A stretch of DNA of 63,655 nt, the filler included, from Folioceros fuciformis (Eukaryota), in assembly GCA_049999805.1 (NCBI GenBank). It is 4 parts of 2 records of this genome, joined end to end, with 100 filler letters (N's around TTAATTAATTAA, not from the genome) between each part and the next. Parts side by side here need not be neighbours in the genome. Positions count along the whole stretch, not along the records: positions 41,670 to 62,166 come from JBNGIO010006264.1; positions 62,267 to 63,655 come from JBNGIO010006352.1; 2 more parts are not named here. One strand, 5' to 3'. Of this stretch, positions 55,036 through 63,655 are shown piece after piece (position 1 is the stretch's first letter; each line of letters starts with the position of its first letter). Below the pieces are notes generated by a model, which saw only the letters and a list, made by a program, of their open reading frames with translations, made no database searches and was not told where the DNA came from. Position numbers and translations under genes: made by a program.

Positions 55036-57169
55036 TGGAGACACGTCTTCTCGTTCTTGAAACTCATGTGGTGGAGAAGTTTGGAGGGAAGAACTTCACC
55101 TTATGGAAGCTGAAGATGAAGATGCTTCCTATTAAGGAGGGAGTGTGGAAGTTCACTGACAAGGGTCTCGATGTTGCACCCACAGAGAAAGACCTCGACA
55201 AAGATGGACGAGCCCTGGCAACAATCTTGTTGAATGTCGCAGACGACGTTCTCTCTCAATTGAGCGAATGCACAACGTCACAAGAAGCTTGGATCACCCT
55301 CTGCAATACATACGAAAAGAAAAACATTGTAAGTTTGATGTTGTTGGAACAACAACTTGCGAACTTCACGATGGCCGTAGGCGACACCATCCAGCAACAC
55401 GTCAACAAATTAAAGACCTTAGTGGACCAGATGAAGGCGATGGACATCAAACCAACCTACGAAAGGATCCTCGTAGTGTTGTTGCGTAGCTTACCATCAA
55501 CCTACAAGCCATTTGTGTCATCCTTCTGGACAACGATCACGATGCATTCAAGCAACAAACCGCCGTCGTTGAAGGAGGTGGTCGGATTGCTTTTGCAGGA
55601 AGAATTGGAGTTTTCAACCAAGAAAGAGAAGACTGATGACGCCGTCCTTTTCGCTAAGAAAGGCAAAGCAAAGGCGAAGTTCAAGTCTAAGGATGAGTCC
55701 AAGTCCAAGTCTTCAGATGAGATGAAGAAGGATGGTATGAGCCATACGATGAAAGGATCTTGCTATTATTGCAGGAAGCTAGGTCATCATGCCAAAGAAT
55801 GTAAAACCAAGTTGGCAGATGAGTCGAAGAAGGAGAAATCCTCTCAAGCCAATCAAGTGAGTAAGCAACCTCAATAGGAACAATCTTTCGTGGGTAGCGA
55901 TGGAGCTACTTCATTGACGAAGGATGAGAGTCTTTATCTTGACTTTGGTGCATCTCAACACTTCAATTCCAACCTTCCAGGGTTCACTGGCTACACTAAA
56001 CTTCCGAAGGGCCATACAGTGGCACTCGGTGACAATACGTCACATGATATCGAGGGGAAAGGAGTCTTACACATTCAGTTGCAGGGCGGTAACCCCGCAC
56101 GTATTGAGAATGTGCATCATGTACCTAATCTCACGAGGAATCTTCTTTCCGTTGAGCGGATTGTAGATGCAGGTCATGAAATAGTCTTCACCTCTGCAGG
56201 TTTGTCACATTCAACCTGTACAGCCTGAGCCGTCACACGTGGTTGCTCGCAATGTTCATGTGGGAAATCTGTACAAACTTTGTGCTTCAATGAGAGCGCA
56301 AGCTTGTATGCTCCTGGCCAGTTCACACAATCACATTGGGTTTATCGATTTATGGCATCAGCATTTGGGCCACATCAGAGTGGACAAACTCAAGCAGATG
56401 ATGACTCATGACATGGTGACAGGATTGGATTTGACGGAGATTACTGCAACACAGTTGTGTCCAGGATGTCAGATGGGGAAGCTAAATCACACAAAGTTTC
56501 CTAAAGCTGTGACACATCGTGCGCAGAAGGCATTGGAATTAGTCCACACTGATGTGAACGGGCCTATAAAGAACCCTACCCAAGGTGGGAATCGCTACAT
56601 GCTAATCTTTGTCAATGATTTTATACGGGAGACATGAACTTACCTTTTGAAAGAGAAATCTCATGTGTTCTAGACTTTTAAGGAGTGGAAGACTCTGGTT
56701 GAGACCGAATGTGGTGAATGCCTTAAGATGCTTTGGAGCGACAATGGAGGAGAATATGTTTCTTCTCAGTTCCAGAGTTTTTGTAAGGAGCACGGCATCA
56801 AACGCAACTCATGATTACGCACACCCTGCAGCCAAATGGAGTCGCGGAGTGGAAGATACGAAGCCTTGCGGAAGCAGCCAAGTGCATGTTGTTTCACAGC
56901 AGCTTGCAAGTCAACTTTTGGGAAGAGGGTGTCATGACAGCAACCTATGTGTTAAACATAGTTCCGACAAAGGCCGTACCCAGTATGACACTAGAGGAAG
57001 CTTGGTCTGGTATAAAACCTGATATCCGACATTTGAGGGTTTTCGGTTCCGTAGTCTACGCTCATATCCCGAAGGAGAGCTGAACCAAATGGGATGCTAA
57101 TGGAACGAAGTATCTCCTGCTTGGCTATTTAGATGCAGTGAAAGGCTGTAGGTTATACAATCTTATTAC
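55036..57169 (+). mobile_element. Ty1/copia gag-protease-integrase, degenerate and truncated by a nested insertion
   Basis: KFGGKNFTLWKLKM gag, knuckle CYYCRKLGHHAKEC, protease LDFGASQH, LWHQHLGH..CPGC, integrase LELVHTDVNGP, HLRVFGS, KGCRLYN. Contains stops and frameshifts. Confidence 0.92.
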
Positions 57170-60100
57170 TGTCACGATACCAAAGGTGAGCTTAAGATTG
57201 AGTAAGCAGCGTGAAACAATTATCCTTTAAATAATTATTAGTTTAGGATAATGCCATTTAAATGTTGGCAATTAGCAAACGCTAAACCCTAATTAGTAAA
57301 CACCAAAAACTAGAGAACGTGGATTAGGGCATGCTTGCAGCTGCCCTGCTGAAACCCATGGGCCCACACCGAGAGTGTGAGCCCAACCAAATGAGCATGA
57401 CTCAAAGAGTCAAGCCCGCTCCAGAATTGCTGACGTCAGCTATGGCTGCCACGCTAAACCCTGGAGATGGAGATGGAGGCCGCTAGTCGTGGAAGTCGCA
57501 CCAAGGGAGAGTGCCTGTCGCTATCTTAGAAACTCAATTGCTTTTGTTGTTCCAACCATATTTGGGCTCAAGAGATGTAAGGATTGATGTTCTTTGTATC
57601 TCGCTGCAGCACCTGGTGTGATTTACCCGACTCCAAGCTGCCTGGCATAGGCAGCCTGTCAATCCAGTTCTTCCAACAAAAACATCTAGAAACCTACGTG
57701 TGAGCAGATTCCATGTCACTTCGACGACTAGCTGCAAGATCTGCGTGCAACTCGGCTTAGAGGAGGTGGTGACGCACCTACAGCAAGGCGCCATCCTCCC
57801 CGTCTCGCCAGCCGCCAGCTGCAACGCTGACTTAACAAGTTTAGGGTTACCAACCTTCCAAGGCTCATAGCGCCCGCATTACAGATTGGTTGCCATTGAT
57901 TCTTATACCATTTGACTCGCCTTGTCAAGGCAAGCAATTTGGTATGCTTTGTGTGCGATTTGGAGCCCTATCTAGGGATTGACTGCATTTGAAAGTTTTA
58001 GACAGGGTTTTGCTCTTGCTGCATTTGTTTTGATTTTTGATCTGGCATCGCGAGTGAGCAAGGCCGCGTGCTGCAATCTTCACATGTGAGCTGGAGTTTT
58101 GCTGTGCTGTGTTCCTAAATCCTAGGGCAGACATAGGGAATTGTGGGTGTTGCAGCATGATCAAAACTAGAGCAGTTGTGCTTTCTGTTTTGTGCTGGGG
58201 AGGCATCTAGTGTTCTCTAACATGTGTGCTTGCATGCCACCTCTTGCTGAGAATTGGTCGTTTGTGTGCGAGTTGTTGCATGGGTTATGCAACCTAAGGA
58301 GCCTGAAGGCAGCCCACGTTATCATCTGCGATCGAGGAACGTCCCTGCTAGGGTTACACCGGAGCGTGGACGAGCCAAGAGGAGGAGAGCTACACGTCAG
58401 CGACGTTTGTCTTGGGAGGAAGAGGTCCAAGAGGACCATCAAGCTGGGCCAAGTGCTGTAGACCAGCAGCAACCAGAGATCGAGAGTTGGTCTCCATTTG
58501 TGGGCTGGACAGCCACAGCTGCCCCCATAGTTCCTTTGGGAAGCCAAGGAGCTGGCTTTAATTGTCCTGTAGTCACAACTGCGAGGCTAGGGTCTCAAGG
58601 TCAGGCAAACCTCTCTAAGGATTCAGATACTGGATCCATGGAGGGAGGAGCACCTTACAAGCAGGAGAGATTCTCCAAGAGACCAGGGACATAGACTTTG
58701 CAAGATTTCAGATTGCACCTCAATGTTGTCATCAGTCGGGTAAAATTCAAGCATGCTGGAGCTTACAACCATTTGTATATGTTCGAGCAACTTTCAAGTT
58801 ATCTGACAGATGAAGCTCTGGACCTTTATGAGCAACATCAGGCTAAGCTCACAACCATGGTGTCCATGCCTAATCCAAGGTTCCAGGAGGCTCTTCAGCT
58901 GGCTTACAACGCCAAGCTGGCTGCAGCCATTCAGGGCCATCAGCAGGCCATTGTTGCGACCACAGTGGCACCAATAGTGCCACCCCCAACGGTCGTGACT
59001 CTTACACTAGATGAAAGGATAGCAGCCACTGTGGGCATACCCGATGAGTTGCAGGTTGCTAAGTATGCCAACCCCGTCGAAGAATTCATGGGCATTCTGG
59101 AGAAAGCCTTCTCATTGAAGACTCTGGAGAAAATTGCAGAGGTGGCATCTTTTGCTAGGAAGAAGGGAGAAACCGTGCAAATGGCGTTCTGTAGACTGCA
59201 GAAGCTATGTGAGGGCATAGGGATGCTAACGGACTAGGAGGCAGCGGAGAAATTCCTAACAGCCTTGGAAGGAGACCCACTCTTTCACTTTCAGCTCATC
59301 ACAACGTTGGTGGATAAATATGGTGATAGGTATACCTTGGAGCACGTACACGAAGAAGCTGAACACAGGGAGATCGCTTTCTCTGCATATGCTTCACAAC
59401 ACTCCAAGGCATTTACTCATTACCAGTCCATGTTCTCCACAAAGGGGTCTACTACAACAGGTTCATGGGCCAAGTCACAGCAGGCCAAGCTTGTCAAGGC
59501 TGGAGCAGTTGCAGCTACAGTTGCTTCTTTGTGCAACTACTAAGGCAGTTTTGAGCATATGATCCCAGCATGGAAATGCCCACCGGAAGGCTTGTACTGT
59601 ACACATTGTCACAAGAATGGACATGTGGTCACAGTATGTTTTCAGAAACATCCAGAGAGAAGATCTCAGAAAAATGCAAGTAGTGGGACAGGGACTACAG
59701 CAGTCGATGCTGGAGGTACAGCTACCACAGAAGTTGGTATTAGTGTTGGGGTCTCACGTAGCCGACAACAAAGGGACAAGGCCAAAGCTAAGGCTGCATC
59801 CAATGCAGAGAAGGTATTTGCCCTAGAAGCCATTGTTGCAACGTTATCTTCATAGCTGGGCGTGCTTACAGCCAATCTCAGTAGTGGAGCAATCTCACCC
59901 AAACCAGCGAGTGTTGCTGAACTGGTCAGAGACAAGGAGGAGGATTACGGCTCACCACATCAGGTGTGTGTCGCCAACTGGATGGAGGCTGAGATGACAA
60001 CTACTGAGTTGCCACAAACGTGGGTAGGGCAACATTTATACCCACCAGTGTTGGAGACAGCAGCAGGGCCAGTCACTCGGCAGCGAGGAGTGAGGGCGGT

Positions 60101-62166
60101 CATGCCCCAATCTTTTGCACCATTGTCACCAGGAAGTGCAATCCCAGTCCGAGGGCAAGAGCACTCCACATTGGCAGGAGGGCCATAGACAATAGACAAG
60201 CCTCCACCGCAACCACAGGTGTCAGCCAGTGGGCCAGTCTACTTGATGCCCAGGGCCTTCACTGTGGAACAATTATCTGAGAAACTGAGTGGCATTCCTC
60301 TATTTTCTTTGCAAGACATGGGGCTAGGACATGAGCGTTTGCCCAAGGAATTGCAACCAGCGCAAGCAAGTGTATTGTCTTCAGGAGCATCATGCTGGCC
60401 ACTAGCTCCAAATGGGTGGGTGGTACCTGGTAGCATCTCACCTTGCACCAGGGAGTCAGTAGTTGGAAGCATGTTTGAAGTTGCAGCAGCTGGAAGTCAG
60501 CCTGAACAACCCATTAGCTCTCCGAGGATCCAACCCACCAACCGTCGAGCAGTTAGAGTCGGCAATGCACTTGTTGACAATGATGCAGGGCATATTACAG
60601 TGAATGGGTATGCCCCAAGGGTTGTACTGCTCGACACTGGTGCTCAACCAGTGATCATTGGCAAGACATTAGCTGCCAGGCTCAACCTCGATGGTTCAAC
60701 TCTCAAGAGCTCTCCTTGGAGCATAAGGACAGTGTCAAGAGCCATTGAGCCAGTCGCCAGAGCGACTGTCAAGCCTGTGGATATCACACTCAAGCCAGGC
60801 ACTCAAGATGCCATGATCCTGAGTCTTCCATGCCTAGTGACAACAGCCACAAACTATGACGTGCTGTTAGGGCAAGAATTTTTGTTTCCACCAGGTTTAA
60901 GTGTGGACAACTGGACAAAGCAAGCGTATTATCGTCCAGATTGGAAGCAAGAAGGGAGAAGGGTGGCACACTTACCCCTTCGGTTGCATGACATGTCAGA
61001 GGCTGACACAGCTACACTTGTAGAGCGACAAGCCTGTACAGCAGTCCTGATCAGTGAGGGAACACCCTTGGCCAACAACCATTTGCAGGATGAGGACCAC
61101 CTAGAGTCAAAGCAAGAGGAGGAGCACTGTGACAGCTACTCCAGCAACAGCACAGCCACATGCAGACTGACAGATCTGATCAAGGCCACTAACCATCCCA
61201 CACAGGTTGAGGGTGTGCTGTAGGATGCTTACGAGCATGTCGAGCAGGTGCAAGCTCTGTTGCAGCGAGGACTCAAGGATCCCATGCAAGAGCATGTTGT
61301 CAAGCCTCATGTGATTGATTGGCCTATCCCAGCCACCGCCCTTTTTCTCGTGGAGCTGTTTGGCGGCATTTGTACTCGCCTAGAGGCTTTGCTTAAGGCA
61401 GGCCTCCCTATCAGGCGTTATGTATACTGTGACAGCAGCGGGGAAGCACGGCAGATAGTTGCTCATTACTGACAGGAGCTCCGCAGCAGGTTCCCCACAC
61501 AGCTATCGGAGGTAGCCTTAGCTGCCACATTCTCAGCGCTGCCTCAAGATGTCAAGTACATCCAACAAGGCCACATCCAGGCCCTGGGATCCATAGACGT
61601 GCTAATAGCTGGTTGGGAATGCCAAGGGTTCACCCAAGCAGGCGCAGGAGCGGGGTTGGAGGACAAGAGGGACTCCGTGCGACATGACATGGTAGTTGTG
61701 GAGCACCATCTTGGTGCTCCCTTTCTTTTGGATGCTGTCCAGGTGGGTAGTTATGCGCACCGTCTGCGCAACTACTGGACCAACTTCATCCCTAATTCAG
61801 TCTTGGCACTCGTGCTTCGCAACACGAAGAGGGATCCCACCTTGCAGCTGTAGGATGTGTTGGATGCAAATCATGAACCCAGGCCTGTGGTTGCTAGTGA
61901 GCGACCACCCTGGCATCCAACTAGTACACCGGGTCAGCCTCGCAAAACATTGTGTACCCTGGAGAGCTTTCCTGGGTCCTTTGCCTATCGTGGCAACGGC
62001 GCTGGATTGCTATACAACACCACCACAAAGCAATGGGAAGAGCCCCACATTGAGGAGCGTGAGCAGATCATGGGCTTTGCAACACATGCCACGACAGCAC
62101 CGTAGGTTACAATCTCTTAGCGCTATGCTGCTATCGGTCGAGCTATGGACTTGCACGCCATCACTT
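57170..62166 (+). mobile_element. Nested retroelement (probably Ty3/gypsy-type) with a gag-protease-DNA methyltransferase polyprotein; runs into the gap
   Basis: Starts TGTCACG where copia integrase homology stops. One reading frame from ATG 58287 to 62166, broken only by in-frame stops: knuckle CTHCHKNGHVVTVC, aspartic protease LLDTGAQ...YDVLLG, then an MTase domain. RT and integrase are not visible, so the superfamily is inferred. Confidence 0.8.
61341..62166 (+). pseudogene. DNMT3-like C5 cytosine DNA methyltransferase domain within the retroelement polyprotein, inactivated
   Basis: Motif I LVELFGGICT, motif II-like YVYCD, motif III-like PQDV, motif IV DVLIAGWECQGFTQAG..GLEDKR, motif VIII-like LLDAVQVGSYAHRLRNYWTN, motif IX EEREQIMGF, motif X AAIGRAMD. 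Four stops; the ENV (motif VI) segment appears deleted. Confidence 0.82.
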
Positions 62167-62266
62167 NNNNNNNNNNNNNNNNNNNNNNNNNNNNNNNNNN
62201 NNNNNNNNNNTTAATTAATTAANNNNNNNNNNNNNNNNNNNNNNNNNNNNNNNNNNNNNNNNNNNN
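62167..62266. other. Artificial contig linker
   Basis: N44-TTAATTAATTAA-N44. Confidence 0.97.
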
Positions 62267-62421
62267 AAACCACCAACGGCCAAGGACACTCTCGCACCTG
62301 TTTCTCCTTGGTCATGTTACTCAATCCCATCAAACCACCAACGGCCAAGGACACTCTCGCACCTGTTTCTCCTTGGTCATGTTACTCAATCCCATCAAAC
62401 CACCAACGGCCAAGGACACTC
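62267..62421. repeat. 65-bp tandem repeat, about 2.4 copies, at the contig start
   Basis: AAACCACCAACGGCCAAGGACACTCT... at 62267, 62332 and 62397. Confidence 0.92.
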
Positions 62422-62559
62422 TTGGGTATAAATACCCAAGTATTATTCCCATACTAAGCCGATCCACTCATGTCTTCACAAAAAAAACAATACATGTTCA
62501 TTCTGCTCTTCAAAGTGGGAGTCCCGAAAGTTTTTTTCCTCTACAACGGGCTAGTGGCC

Positions 62560-63655
62560 AGATTGCCAGGAGGGAAAGCGGGTCGGCCCCACATGAGATA
62601 GTCCCGGCGCAGGCTGAGCAGGTGCAGGAAGCTGCTCAAGGGCCAGCAGACCAAGGACTAGTGGAGCAGGAACAGAATGAGGAGGAGATAGGAGCACCCT
62701 AGGAGCAGGTGCCAAAAATGGAAGAGATCCCTCCTGAGGTTATGAGTGAATTAGGGCACGTTTCGGAGCAAGAAGTCTTCCCGAAATGGGAAGATGTTTT
62801 TAGAAAAATTCCCCAGGTGGATAGGCTGCAGCCAGGGGAGCTTGAGAAGTTATGAGTGCTGTTAGGGAGGCAGAAAACCAAGAGGGAAATGGCTCCTGTG
62901 GCGTTGTAGGAGGTGGATCTGCTAGGACTAACCTCAGCCATGGTGCAGGCACAAGCGAACATGCTGGACCAGGTGGCGAGGGCGCTGACCTGGTTGAGTA
63001 TGCAGGCGGAGAGGGAGGCCGAGGCCTGAAGTAAGGAGGCCGAGGCAAGAGGAAAGGAGGCCGAGGCCTGGAGACAACTAACGGAGTCTGAGACGGCACG
63101 GCGTCTCCTGGAAGAGAAGCAGCGGGTCCTGAGTGAGGACAAGGCACAGGCAGAGGAAGAGGCGCGCCAGGCCAAGGCAGAGATCCAGGGGTTGAAGGAG
63201 CAACAGGGGTCACTCCTAGCTCAGGTGAGGGGAGCCCATGAGACTAATTTGGAAATACAATAGGAAGTGGCGAAGGCTCAGGAGCAGGAGATGGCTGCGA
63301 TGGAACAAGTGTAGAAGCTAGCCGAAAGGTACAAACGGGAGCGAGACGAGGCTAGGGAGCGAGTAAAGGGAAAGGGTAAGGCTGGCCGCAGTAGCCAGAC
63401 GGCAATGTCGATAGCCGAAGGAGCTACTGGTAGTTGAGTCTCAGTACCGATAGCCGACGGGGCTATCGATAGCCGAGCAACAGTGCTAGTAGCCAACAGG
63501 GCTACCGGTAGTCGAATGGCCACACCGGTAGCCGCTTTGGCTACCGGTAGTCTTGCGACACATGAGGTAGTCGAGGCCACGACCCCGGTAGCCGAAGGAG
63601 GGATGGCGGAGGCGCCTGTGCCCAGGCGTTCCAGGAGGGCGACTCGCACCAGGTG
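62560..63655 (+). pseudogene. Stop-interrupted coiled-coil, E/Q/A-rich ORF, probably a TE accessory gene
   Basis: One frame reads ...EQVPKMEEIPP...QAEREAEA*SKEAEARGKEAEAWRQL...RYKRERDEARERVKGKGKA..., with seven TAG/TGA stops and no frameshift. Confidence 0.55.

Noticed and set aside
55875-55877. Programmed stop-codon readthrough between copia gag and pol
   Set aside because: The TAG is in frame but lacks the CARYYA readthrough context, and the element has other stops and frameshifts; a CAG>TAG mutation is simpler.
57283-57292. Telomeric repeat TAAACCCTAA
   Set aside because: A single telo-box-like unit within a TE, not an array.

Overview
Gene-dense, intron-rich plant nuclear DNA. It is most likely a hornwort (Anthoceros-like), inferred from a PLS-PPR ending in DYW:KP/'DRH', a long L motif, short ~100-nt introns and roughly balanced GC. 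The window is four contigs joined by artificial N44-TTAATTAATTAA-N44 linkers (22834, 41570, 62167), so adjacency across them is unproven. Recognisable genes: SOS1/NHX7, mitochondrial ATP synthase 6-kDa subunit, NAR2/NRT3, an intron-rich CIPK, CDC48, VPS53, a DVL/RTFL peptide and tRNA-Pro(CGG). More unusual: (1) a retroelement nested in a copia integrase whose single-frame gag-protease polyprotein continues into a DNMT3-like C5 cytosine methyltransferase domain; (2) a CD36/scavenger-receptor-B-family gene with long cytoplasmic tails; (3) an OSB-type PDF motif spliced in frame onto an E+ PLS-PPR; (4) a candidate U-to-C editing DYW:KP factor with a dead tandem paralog; (5) an LRR ectodomain on a non-RD WAK-type kinase; (6) an SPFH/band-7 protein with N-terminal beta-type repeats. 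All assignments come from motif recognition by eye; no database searches were run.
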